Shown one piece after another: positions 22,334-34,275 of a stretch of DNA of 64,000 bases. The notes under the pieces are model-generated. The model saw only the letters and a list, made by a program, of their open reading frames with translations. It did not search any database and was not told where the DNA came from. The DNA is from Selaginella moellendorffii (lineage: Eukaryota; Plantae; Lycopodiophyta). Made by a program: the position numbers and the translations under genes. Where the stretch lies: contig NW_003314314.1 in assembly GCF_000143415.4 (NCBI RefSeq), positions 935,771 to 999,770 of the forward strand, in the 5' to 3' direction. Position 1 is the first letter of the stretch; each line of letters opens with the position of its first letter.

Positions 22334-24692
22334 TTAATTACGGTACTTCATGGTAGATTTTTCAAAGCCAATGGTGGGGAAGTCTTTTGCATAGTCTTCC
22401 ACCTCCTCTCTAAGCGCTTTGATGTGGCCCTGGAATTCGGGGTTCGTGTCAACGGCAGCCTTGAAATCCTTAAGCTTGGAGCCTGATGAAACATTTGAGA
22501 GATAGATCGAGTGACAGAGGATGTAAACGATCAAATACCTGAGGCTTCTTTGATCTTTACGGCAATTCCCACCGCACGGTCGAAAAACTCGGCAACTTTC
22601 TCAAAGTCCACCTCGGTGAATCCTCTTGATGTCAAAGCAGGAGTTCCTGGAAAAGAGTGCGCTTCTTAGTGCCAGAGCAATCACCCAGGTTTTCATCATA
22701 CCCATTCTTACTCCGCCGGGCACCATCGCAGAGACATCTCCAGGCACTGTGTTCTTGTTGGCAGCAATGTGAGCCAGCTCGAGGACTCGTTCTACCCTGG
22801 ATCCATCCAGCCCCTGGAAGACAGAATAATTCATTCAAACAGCAATGTGACAGTACCTTGTTTTTCAAGTTGACCAGAACTAAGTGATTCTCTGTTCCAC
22901 CTGACACAAGCTCGTAACCTTTTGCCATCAAATGCTACAGAACTCTTCATTTAGAAAGAAACAAAAATAAAGACGCTATGTTATACCTTGGCAAAATGAG
23001 CAGAGTTTCGAAGAACTTGTTCTTGATAAGCCTTGAACTCTTGTGTAGATGCCTGCGACATCCCCATTTTTAGATTGACAGTAGAATTCGGCTGATTACC
23101 TGTTTAAGAGCCACGGCAAGCGCAGCAATTGTGTGATTGTGAGGACCACCTTGAAGCCCAGGGAACACTGCAGCATTTATTTTCTCAGCGTAGTCGTATA
23201 GAACCTGCGAGGCGCTGTCAAGGAGGTAACTTGGGAAAGTAAACGTACCTCCTGTCCTTGTTTGTTAGTTTCTTTCACACCCTTGCGGAAGAAAATCATT
23301 GCTCCCCGAGGACCTCTAAGTGATTTGTGCGTGGTAGTGGTGACAACGTCTGCAACGTCGAATGGAGATGGCACGACACCAGCAGCTACAAGTCCGCTTA
23401 TATGAGCCATATCAGCTAGAAGGATTGCCTTTTGCTTGTTGCAAATCTGTGATAACGTTACTTTGGAGTTAAAGCTGCAATCGCTATCTACTCATATGTA
23501 CCTGACGCATTCGTGCATAATCATAATGCCGAGAGTAGGCGCTGGCTCCAGCCACGATGAGTTTTGGCCGGAAGAGTGTCGCGCTTTTTTCAAGCTGGAT
23601 AAGACTCCAGGTTAGTCTCAAAAAGCGAAGTTCTTTGAGACTTCTACTATTCGATTTACCTGATCGTAGTCAATAAAACCTGTAGATTCATCCAGCCTAT
23701 ATGGCATCGTTTCAAAAAAGATTGAAACAGCCGAGATTTTCTTAGTATCTGTCTGTGCAAAATAAAGAAGAATGCCGCTTAGCTTCTAAAGCCAAAGGTT
23801 GCCTACCTGATAACCATGAGATAAATGGCCTCCGTGAGGTAAATCAAGAGCCATAATTCTTTCGTGTGGTTTAAGCAAAGCTGTATACACTTGAAAGTTT
23901 GCTGGAGAACCAGATAATGACTGCACATTAACTGCAAAGAAAAGAAGTCAGAGCTTTATCCTTTCGCCACTGATAAAACGTACCTCCCCATTCGTTTGGA
24001 TTGAGACGAAAAGCTTCTAGTGCTCGTTTCTGGCACAAAGACTCGGCCATATCAATGAACCTAGAACGAACAAATATTAAGCGTTCCTAGACGTCACTTG
24101 TGAAGAAAAAACGACCTACTCATTTCCACCGTAGTAACGAGCTCCTGGATAGCCCTCGCTATACTTGTTGGTCATGATGGATCCCACTGCTTGCATGACT
24201 GAAGTTGAAGTAAAATTCTCCGAGGGAATTAGCTCCAGTCCCTGGTAAAACAGATCCAAAGTTTCCTTCTATGTATAGCGAAATTTACCAACCTTCCATT
24301 GACGATTTTTTTCCAGCTCAATTATATCAGCGATTTCCGGATCAACGTCGCCAAGTGGAGCGTTGAGCTGCTTTGGCCACTGCGAGAACGCGAATGCATG
24401 TAAACGGATAAGACAAAGATTACTACTTTCTAAAAGGGAATTCTACTTACTGTGACATGGGATTTATCCTTGGAACTCTCGAATCGCGAGTACACTTCGT
24501 CATTGGCCACGGCGGTCTGGATCACACATCAGAATGTAGCTAGCTATCGAAATTTCACAAAGATTCTACCGACGCATTTCGCGAGAGGATCGATCTGGCA
24601 TCGCCGAGCGCCCTGTTTGCCGCGATCGCGAGCGCCGTAGAGGCACGAAACCTGGACAATCGCCGAAGAACAGCTGCCGAAGCTAGCGCCAT
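22334..24692 (-). CDS. SHM: Serine hydroxymethyltransferase, mitochondrial type, multi-exon
   Basis: Arg-rich transit peptide [14 protein letters not shown]; [11 protein letters not shown]; [13 protein letters not shown]; [11 protein letters not shown]; [17 protein letters not shown] site; GGPHNH; NKNTVPGD. Confidence 0.96.
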
Positions 24693-25020
24693 TGCTCGAT
24701 CGCAATCCCTCGCGGCAACGCCGCCCCAGCCCAAAATATTTCTTCGTCCACTGCCAAGCAAACTAAATGACCTATTATCTATCGTCTATACTAACACTCT
24801 TTTTCTCTTGTGGCCTGTGGCTGGAAGCCACGTCACCATGATCCTACAAGGTGTGGTTCATGTTACTTGACTGGTAGATAGCTACACTGTCATTGTTTTT
24901 GCGTGAGCTTCGTAAGAAAAAAAAAAAGTAGTAACATCATATGGATTATTACCTGTAGTGGTGTTGTCTACCAAGTATTATATCCTCCTATATCCTTGAG
25001 AGAAGCCAAAAAATTCTTGG

Positions 25021-26894
25021 CTAGCTTAGTGACGTCAGGATTTCCTGAATATCACTCGCTTCAAAGCTATCAAAATTTGCGAGGCCGTGACCCTCCCTCT
25101 CGGATGATCCGAACGAGCTGCTCGATGATCCGGCCCTGGAACTGGAGCTGGGAGTGCAATTCTCGGCCGCTATCTCTGCTAATCCTCCTCCTCTCGATGC
25201 TACTTTGTTCGATTTGCCGCCGCCACAGCCTTTTGATCGTTTCCTGGTGCTCGACTTCACGGCGGCTCTCTTATTGTTGTGATTATTCGTGTCCGAGGAC
25301 GTCGATGAGTCTTCCGGGGATGCAGCCTTCTTCCCGAGAATTACCTGGTGCCAGGTGAAAAATTCTCAGCACAAACAAAGAGGATTGCAAGCTTCCGAGA
25401 CTACTTACGTATTTTCCAGCTGCGGAGTTCTTATATTTGTAAAGCCGCAGAAGATCTCCTTCTTTAAGACAATGGGACCTGATAAACTCTCCTGCGAAAT
25501 CCGTGCCAAGAGTGAGACAAACTTCTGATTCATCTACGTCAAAAGTTTCTTACCCGTGTTTTCCAGAAGATACATTCGGCTTTTGTTGTTGGGCCAGAAT
25601 CTATGTCGTGCTCGAGATTGTAAGAACTTCCACCTACATTGTAAAGAATCTTCGAAGTTTACCTGTATCTCATGTGCCACTTATATGCGGTGGTCAGATC
25701 CTCCATCACAATCGTCATCCCTTCTCGAACAGTCAAGTAAGGCAGGCAGCTCTCGGCTTCTTTCTGCTCGAAGAAAAACGAAAATCTCTTTCGCTATTCG
25801 CTAGAAGAAATTTCTTCATACCTTTGGGAGGACAATCCTTCCCAGGTTTCCAACGTCGCTTGGCTTGAGCTGCTTCTGCAGAAGAAATTCCAAGTTCTTC
25901 TCGACAATTAGTTCCTGAAAAGACATTTGCATAAATTAAGTGAGCTCCAACAAAAAATCTCGGCAAGCTTTACCTCCACAGACTTTCGCGATGTGCAGCA
26001 AGGAAAAGGCACCTGGTATGGCAGCGATCGCCTCTTTCTTGCCATGCGACACTTACGCGCAGTGGACCTAAAGGGCAACTCCACCTTGATCTGTCGATCG
26101 CTCCCTGGAAGAAATCCTCCTGGCGTGTGAAAGTGTTCTTCGATAGGCTGCTGCTCCACCTTGATATTCGCCACTGGATCGAGAATGTTGGCAGCAGCGG
26201 GGCCATCGATCACTTGCGGCGAAGCGACCATGAGGTTATCGAGAATTGCCGCTGGGCAATGCCGCCGAAAGGCATAAAGATTCGCGGATGAGCCGATCGC
26301 ATCGCCTTGCTGTTGCTGCTGTTGCTGCTGGGATTGGAGAACCTGGCACTCGAGCTGGGGACAAGAGAACCAGTATTGATCCTCGATGGAGGCGGTGGCG
26401 GATTCTTCGTCACCGATCACGATGCTGTGATGCTGCTGTGCCTGATGCTGCTGCCAATCCATCATCGTCGCGGCTGCCGGGACTTCGCCGATCCACTCCA
26501 CTAACCTCGCGGAGGAGCCGGCCGGGATGCTCGCCATGCTTTCTTTCTTGGCGTCTGGGACCTCCCAAAGATCAACCAAAGGCTTACAATCCTGGGGGCC
26601 GTCGACCGATAGCGTCGCGGCGGCGGCTCCTCCATAGTTGTCGACGAGTTGGAATCCCGGTGCTGGCGCCTCGAGCGGGATTATCGATGCCGGATCTTTC
26701 TGCGGATGATCGAACGCCACCGACGCCTCCGAAGCGGCGGCGCCGCTGTGCTGCGCGATCGGGCTGAAATCTTGGAAGGAGAAATCGTCGCAGCAGTCAA
26801 GAACCTCGCGGCCGCTGATGCTCACGCTCTCGATCTTGACATCCAGGAGTGGGAAATCGCTGGGGAGATTGTAGACAGCACACGAGACGGCCAT
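25021..26894 (-). CDS. ABI3: ABI3/VP1-like B3 transcription factor (B2 and B3 present; B1 not recognisable)
   Basis: Spliced B3: [32 protein letters not shown]...MEDL...[34 protein letters not shown]; B2-like [11 protein letters not shown]. Confidence 0.85.
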
Positions 26895-27275
26895 GGCGCC
26901 GGCGCCAGCGCCTTCGATCGATAGAAATGGGAAGCGCAAGGGACTAGATTCTTCTAAAATCCTAGGCCTAACTAGACGATCGATCGCTGGATCGATCGAT
27001 CAAGAAGGCAAAGACGCCATCTTTGAGGCGCGGAAAAATGTAGGCGCTAAACCAAAGGAGCGGAAGGGCGTTAACGAGCTGGAAAGTGATAGTGAGAGCA
27101 CTGGGAGTGCCACCAAATTTGGTGGCTACCCCCAGAATTAGCTTTCCCCAGTGTTCTGTGGACCGCTAGCTTCGCTAGTGGTAGTTTGCAAAAACAAAAT
27201 GAAGGAAAAGATGAAAAATGGAAAATAGCAAAAAGCAACATTTCTAAAACAAAATGATCCAATTTCAAAAATTAT

Positions 27276-27348
27276 CGCCGCCCGTGGGGCTCGAACCCAC
27301 GACCACAAGGTTAAGAGCCTTGCGCTCTACCAACTGAGCTAGGGCGGC
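27276..27348 (-). tRNA. tRNA-Lys (CUU)
   Basis: GCCGCCCTAGCTCAGTTGGTAGAGCGCAAGGCT-CTT-AACCTTGTGGTCGTGGGTTCGAGCCCCACGGGCGGCG; complete cloverleaf; T-run terminator follows. Confidence 0.96.
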
Positions 27349-27456
27349 CTTGATGTGAAAGCTTTCAAGTTTTGGCTTCTTGCCCTTTTAAGCTCTCTTT
27401 CTTAAAGTCTTGCATTTTTACTTTTAAAAGGGATAAGGAGTTTTAGGGTTTTTTCG

Positions 27457-28107
27457 ATGGAGCTGCTATGGAGGAGTTCGCCATTCACCAGCGCTGCTCA
27501 AATCCCTCTCAAATCCACTCGCCAATCGCCCGCAGGTATTTTCCAGCTGAAATCTTGCCGAAATTTCGCTTCATCGCAATGACATTGCATCAGGAGCGAT
27601 CCCTTTGTCGATCACCGCCGAGGAATACAATCGCCGGGAGAACAGGAGAATGAAGCACCAAAGAATTCGCAAGAAGGTCTGGAATCGAGGATTTCCAGGA
27701 GCTGCATTGCCTGATTCCTCCTCTTTCTTTCTTCCTTCAGCTGAGCGGCACCACGGAGAGGCCACGGCTCGCAGTTTTTCGTTCCAACCAGCATTTGTAC
27801 TGCCAGGTGATTGACGACACCAAAATGCACACGCTCGCGGCCATGTCGACGATCCAGAAGCCCCTCCGCGACGAGCTCAATCTCAGTTCTGGCCCAACGA
27901 TTGTAAGTCCTGTTTTTCCTTCCAGTTCTTTTACACTATCTACCGAGAACTTCGCAGGAGGCGGCAAAACGAGTCGGGGAAGAGATTGCCAAGCTTTGTC
28001 TCAGTAAAGGAATCACCAAAATAGCTTTCGACCGGGGTGGATTTGAGTACCATGGTCGGATCAAAGCCCTGGCCGAGGCCGCTCGAGAGAGTGGGCTTGA
28101 GTTCTAA
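27457..28107 (+). CDS. RPL18: Plastid 50S ribosomal protein L18
   Basis: Transit peptide; [34 protein letters not shown]; [28 protein letters not shown]. Confidence 0.92.
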
Positions 28108-28259
28108 ACAAATTCTTCTCTTTTTGTTTTACTTAACTTTTCTCTTACAGATAATCTCTAGGGAAGAACATCGCAATGTGCGGTGCCTGTTAGCTCGACG
28201 TGTGGTGTTTCGGGGCTCAAGGTTTTTCTTAGTCCTTACAGGTGCTCGCTCCCATAGTC

Positions 28260-30000
28260 ATGAGGAGCTCATGCCAATCTCTTCATTCTCCTTCAATTTC
28301 ATTGCCTTCAAAGCGAAGAAGATTGCGCCGAGTTGCTACTGCGGCTCTCAGTAATGCTCAGGTTCGCAAGCAAGTGCAGCTTCGGTTCTATCATCAAATT
28401 GCATTGTTTTCGCAGGTCAAGCAAGCCGAGATGCTGATTGAGCGGCTGTCTACGCGCTTGACAACAGATAAGGTGTGAAGTATGTTTTTCGTGCATCTGC
28501 GCTACCCTTTTAAGTATTTCTTCTTCTTTTGTTCACAGGTTTTGGACAAGATTACTACTGTCATTGCTGGCCAAACTCCGGTGCGACGATCATTTTGTTC
28601 TCTCTCTTCAAGTTTTGAAGAAAATTCTTGTTTCACAGGTGGAACCAGACATACTGGACAAACAACTCAAGGCCATCACAACCGGAGAGGTGTGTTTTCT
28701 TTTTGTTCACTGTTGCTCTTAGAATTGAATTGGTTTGTGTAGGATTACAATTCCTGGGAGGAGTTGAGGACAGAGTTTGTACGCAATGCCTCTAACCTGT
28801 GGACGTCTTCTTATGATTTGGCAAGTCCGAGGCCATTTGAAACCTGTGCTTTTCAATCTTAACGATGGCTTTCAGCTTACAAACTTCAATCCATTTGAGC
28901 TTGGACACTGGGTCGGGGGCTTGATTGAAGACTTCGCTGAAAGAGTAAAGGATGTTCGCAAGTTTAAATGTGATAATGGTTTTGTTTGCAGTTTGCTGCC
29001 TGGGAACTATCTAGTTTGGTGGCCATCGGAGAGAGATGGGTGATCTGGACGCCGCTTGTTGTTCTTACAATGGCGTGGTAAATTGTTTCGTTTTCTATCC
29101 ACAAAGGATGAGCTCGTAAATGTGCACAGGCAAATGTCAAAGAATAGAAATCAGAACGGCGAAGCGACGGAAAGCCAGTACGTACGTAATACCAGATCTG
29201 TATTCATTTTTCCCTCTGTTTTCTCTTTTATCAAGGACATTGGTGCCGCCTGTCACTGAAAAGCAAAAGCAGGTCAGGAAGGAGATCGAGAGAATGAAAC
29301 TAAGATGTTCGCTTCTACAAGAGGTGGGAGCTATAAAAGTGAGTTGCTTTGGAGGTTTTCTTTGTGAGAATTTGGCTTCCTATAACACAACCGAAATGAC
29401 AGGGAAGTGCGACTATACAAGCCATCGTGAAGCAGCTCCAGATGGTTGGCTCAATGTTCGACGACGAGACTGCCATGGAGAACATTAACGGGAGCTGGCA
29501 GCTATTGTGAGTGTTTTTTCGTTTTCGAAGTTTGAGGTTCCTTGTGCTCTAAGATCTAGCATTGTTCATACAGATATGCGTCTCAAGAGCCCGCGATATT
29601 TTCTCGATTGCCCGGTCTAGAGATAAGCAATCTGGAGCAGAAGTTTTCACGGCGGAGTAACGATCAAACGCTGACGATACACAATCTCGCGCTCTTGAGG
29701 TTTGTAGGATGATCTTTGGAGTAGCGAATCTAAGCTTTGAAACATAGACTACCTGGTGTGGGAGCGGTCCGAGTGGAACTCAAGGGCGTGTGGAACAAGT
29801 CGACTGGTATGGTGGTCTTTGACGAAGTTTCTGCTGGTAGAGCTTTCGAGTCCCCAGTTTCTTGGGACTTGACAAGGATCACTCTCGCGCTGCCCGTTCC
29901 TCGGTCCGAGCGGTGGGAGCTTTTGTATATGGACGACGTGATTCGCGTAAACCAGGGAGACGATAGCCATTTGTACATCTATTCCAGACTTTACACTTGA
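28260..30000 (+). CDS. Plastid-lipid-associated protein / fibrillin (FBN10/PAP12-like), many exons; start approximate
   Basis: Transit-like N-terminus; LNDGFQLTNFNP; INGSWQLL-YAS; WELLYMDDVIRVNQGD. Confidence 0.72.
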
Positions 30001-30846
30001 AGCTTTGGAATTGAGCACGCATTACTGCCTCCAATATTCTCGCTATATTGTAATAGTTCTTCCAATCCAAGCTCTAATGGACTGCAGGAACAAGTTAGGA
30101 GATCCTAGTCAGCCAGTTGACGGGAACGAGTGATCTTCCGAGCTTCTTGAAACGTTCAGAATTGCGATGGAGTCCCTTCGCTGGATTCCAAGAGATGTTT
30201 CTCCATCCTTTCATCCACCACCGAGAGAACTCGCGAGATTTCTTAACGTTTCCACACACTCGGAGAGCAGTGATGGAGGCCGCGCGCTACGCGATCTTGT
30301 TCCCGGCGTCAAAGGCGAGGCGATTTAGAGCGAGATCCATCTAGATCTAACTCCAAAATCCGGGAAGGCGTTGCGCCAAGGACGCCCGAGAATGCGCGTG
30401 ATAATCGGGCGATGGGACCGTGTCGTATGGTATAAGTACTTGGTATGATATTTTATTATTGGAACCCGGTTGCTGAGATCATGGCTATCAGGTAAGTGTA
30501 AAGGTGGACCGTTGTAGAAGACCCGGGTTCGATGCCGAAGGGTCCAATCAACAAGGACTTTTATGAAATTTTTTTCCACAATAAGTAGCCTTCGTTCTGG
30601 TTCGCCAGCTCATTAAAACAACTTAGACCAGTCAGTTAGGACTTTGGTCTCTCAAAACATACGTGTCCGGTTCGACTCTTCTCTATATTAATCGTGCTTT
30701 TCTAAACTAATTGTATAATTAGATTATTAATAAATTAGTTTAACTAAAACTTTTAGGGTTGTGCCCTAGTTTCGTTGGCTAGGGTTTTAGGAAACTCGCA
30801 GATCAGGGTTTTCTCTCTTTGTTCTTGGAAATTACATCGCGCAGTC

Positions 30847-32528
30847 ATGGCAGGGATGGCACCGGAGGGCTCGCAATTCGATCCGCGTCAGTTCGATCAG
30901 AAAATGGAATTCGCGTAAGTTCTCTCCTCTCTTCCGCAGCTCGAGATCTTTTGTTTTCCTTTTCCTTTTGGCAGCCTCGAGACCGGCGAGGAGGCCCTCT
31001 CGACCTGGGAGGAGGTTAACGAGACATTCGATTCGATGGGTCTCCACGAGAATCTCCTGCGAGGGATCTATGCCTACGGTAGGCAAAGGGAAATCTTCTC
31101 GAGATTTCACAAGCTTTGTTCTTACGATTCTTGGTTTGCTGCTGCCAGGTTTTGAGAAGCCATCGGCGATCCAGCAGCGAGGAATCGTCCCGTTTTGCCG
31201 GGGCCTCGACGTGATCCAGCAAGCCCAGTCGGGGACCGGCAAGACGGCTACGTTTTGCTCGGGCATTCTCCAGCAGCTTGACGGACACCTGAACGAGTGC
31301 CAGGCGCTCGTCCTCGCTCCGACCCGCGAGCTCGCCCAGCAGATCGAGAAGGTGATGCGAGCGCTCGGGGACTACTTGCAAACCAAAGTTCACGCTTGCG
31401 TCGGCGGCACGGACGTCCGCCAGGACCAGAGGATCTGCCAGTCGGGTGTTCACGTCGTGGTTGGAACTCCTGGCCGCGTCTACGATATGCTCCGCCGCCG
31501 GGCCCTCCGCTCCGAGCACATCAGGATGTTCGTCCTGGACGAGGCGGACGAGATGCTCTCCCGTGGATTCAAAGACCAAGTAAGCCACACTTTCCTTTCC
31601 TATCGCGTTTCGATTCGTTGTTTCTTCTTGGTTTGATGATTTGCGCTATGAGTTTTCGAGATCTCTCTTTTGTTCGTAACTCTCTTTCTCACTACTTTGG
31701 TTGGGTTGTGTGTTTTAAGATCTTTCTTTCTTTTCTCGTTTTCTCGTGTTGGTTTGTTTCATTTTCGAAATCTCTCCGCTGGTTTCGTTGTTCTTCTTAA
31801 CTTCTCTCTGTCTTTAGATTTCGTTCTTCTGACTGGTTGAGTTCTTTGGATTTTTCATCTTGTTGCTCACGACGCGATTCTCTGTTTTACAGATCTATGA
31901 TATCTTCCAGCTCCTGCCCGCCAAGGTCCAGGTGGGCCTCTTCTCCGCCACCATGCCGCCCGAGGCGCTGGAGATCACCCGCAAGTTCATGAGCAAGCCG
32001 GTCCGGATCCTCGTCAAGCGCGACGAGCTGACGCTGGAGGGTATCAAGCAGTTCTACGTGAACGTGGAGCGCGAGGACTGGAAACTGGACACGCTGTGCG
32101 ACCTGTACGAGACGCTGGCCATCACGCAGAGCGTCATCTTTTGCAACACCCGCCGCAAGGTGGACTGGCTCACGGACAAGCTGCGGAGCCGCGACCACAC
32201 GGTGTCGGCGACGCACGGCGACATGGATCAAAACACCCGCGACATCATCATGCGCGAGTTCCGGTCGGGATCGTCGCGAGTTCTCATCACCACCGACTTG
32301 CTCGCGCGCGGGATCGACGTCCAGCAGGTGTCGCTGGTGATCAACTTTGATCTTCCCACGCAGCCGGAGAACTACCTGCATCGAATCGGGCGCAGCGGTC
32401 GGTTTGGGCGCAAGGGAGTGGCGATCAACTTCTTGACCAAGGACGACGAGAAGATGCTCTTCGACATCCAGAAGTTCTACAACACCGTCATCGAGGAACT
32501 GCCGAGCAACGTTGCGGACCTCATCTGA
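30847..32528 (+). CDS. eIF4A: Eukaryotic initiation factor 4A (DEAD-box helicase)
   Basis: [12 protein letters not shown]; [13 protein letters not shown]; AQSGTGKT; APTRELA; DEAD; SAT; ARGIDVQ; [10 protein letters not shown]; three telo-boxes at 30753-30811. Confidence 0.97.
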
Positions 32529-33008
32529 GCAGCGACTTCTTGGAGCGTGAGTTTTTACTTTGTTCGTCTATTTCTTCTTTTTTGTTTCGGCTGCTGTGCG
32601 GAAGTTTTGTTTCCGCTGCCTCTCTTTTCGTTTTTGTACTTTTAGTTCGGGAAAGGAATCATCAATTCACTTGAAAAAAAAGTGTGCTCAAAAGTATTTT
32701 AATGATAAGATTTTGAATAAAAGAGAATAAGTTGTTATATTTTTAAAATAAATTATTTTCAAGAATTTTTATTATAATAATAAGTAATTCATAATTTGAC
32801 TGGTGTTAAAAATGCAATATAAGAAAATTAGTTTTTAACTTTTTAAAATTTTAGTTATTTTTATCTATATTTGTCTGAATTTTTAAAAGTTTTAATATAA
32901 AAAAATAAACTAATACACCTCAAATTGTCAAACTTAGTAATAGAATATTCAAATGTAATTTTCACAAAGTGTGAGTGCTTTGCCCTTACAAAAAGATATA
33001 AGATGTAT

Positions 33009-33182
33009 TGTGAGTGCATAGAATATGGAAAGGGAATACAGAAATGTGCATATCAATTAGCCCAAAAACCCTAGTTTATATACAGGAGCGAGTGGTTCGG
33101 ATTGAAACCAATCCGACGGCTACCAAAATCCATTACGCTAATATTAGTATACGGCATCGTAACCGTACACTTGGCCCTCACA
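33009..33182 (-). repeat. 3' LTR of gypsy copy 2
   Basis: TGTGAG...CTCACA termini; adjacent to the PPT. Confidence 0.93.
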
Positions 33183-33649
33183 TCATCCCCTCCTCTCGGA
33201 ATAATGGAAGGCCGTCAGGGTTCTCTTGTAGACGGGCCGGGATCTGGAGGAACGTCAGGAGGAGGCATTGGCGGATCTGTAGACGGTATTAACTACTCCT
33301 GATCCCTTTGTATGAAGCGTTTTAACCGCTGCACATGCACAATCTCCGGAGGATTGGCCTGCTGAACGTCATGCCGAACCTCATAAACTTGCGGTCCAAC
33401 TTGCCGCAACACCCGATACGGTCCTTTCCACTGCGCAAGGAGCCCCTTAGATAAACCACATACCGTAAGATAATTGTAAACCACAAATTTTTCCTTTCCA
33501 ATTTGCCAGCTTACCTCGTCTACCCGTCCAACACCGCCTTGGCTTTTGCTAAGTTCCCTTGCTAAGGTTCTCGCCTATAGTACCAGCTTCTACTTGGTCT
33601 CAGCTACTCACTGCACGAGCAACGGAGTGTTAGCCATCCATCCACGGAT

Positions 33650-34275
33650 TGTAAGCAACTAAAGGGAACGACTCGAGAGACGATCCATAGGGGTTCAAAT
33701 ATAAAGGGAAAAGGCCCATGAATAAGAGTGCACCCCCTTTTCCAATCGGTTAAGGGTCTTGGGATATTTGGGGTTAAGCGTCCTTGGGTGTGAATAGTAC
33801 TGGGTTGGGTGACCTCCCGGGAAGTCCAAACTCAGGAGCTTACATTTGGTATCAGAGGGGTCTTGGGTCCGACTCTGTTGGTTGGCTAAGGCTTGGGTCC
33901 GACTCTGTTGGTTGGCTAAGGGAATCGCACCACATGTTGATTGACATCTGGCTGGTCCAGTTTTGCTCCCGCTGGGCTCGACCCGAGGGGTAGGGTGTCA
34001 AGAGAGCGGGGCTCTCGAGAGAGCTGCGGCTCTCAACTTCCGTTCACGAGGGCGTGAACTTGCAGGGAAGCGTGGTGGATTGTAAGCAACCAAAGGGAAC
34101 GACTCGAGAGACGATCCATAGGGGTTCAAATATAGAGGGAAAGGGCCCATGAATAAGAGTGCACCCCCTTTTCCAATCGGTTAAGGGTCTTGGGATATTT
34201 GGGGTTAAGCGTCCTTGGGTGTGAATAGTACTGGGCTGGGTGACCTCCCGGGAAGTCCAAACTCAGGAGCTTACA
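33650..34275 (+). mobile_element. Cassandra-type TRIM (626 bp) with a 5S rRNA-derived segment in each LTR
   Basis: 195-bp TGTAAGC...GCTTACA direct repeats at 33650-33844 and 34081-34275 (4 mismatches); tRNA-iMet PBS TGGTATCAGAG at 33847-33857; 236-bp non-coding interior; 5S A-box to C-box sequence in both LTRs. Confidence 0.92.
33773..33827 (+). promoter_or_regulatory. 5S rRNA-derived Pol III internal control region in the Cassandra LTR (second copy ~34204-34258)
   Basis: GTTAAGCGTCCTTGGGTGTGAATAGTACTGGGTTGGGTGACCTCCCGGGAAGTCC compared with recalled plant 5S GTTAAGCGTGCTTGGGCGAGAGTAGTACTAGGATGGGTGACCTCCCGGGAAGTCC. Confidence 0.88.

Noticed and set aside
30070-30345. Possible small minus-strand gene or pseudogene between fibrillin and eIF4A
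   Set aside because: Early stop codons and no motif I could recognise.
31016-32381. Long antisense or alternative-frame ORFs over eIF4A (similarly over the WAK kinase, SCPL and PNGase genes)
   Set aside because: Expected shadow ORFs of GC3-rich coding sequence; no independent motifs.
33773-33827. 5S rRNA gene
   Set aside because: Only the ~55-bp internal control region matches. The 5' third, 3' end and terminator are missing, and it sits inside LTRs.
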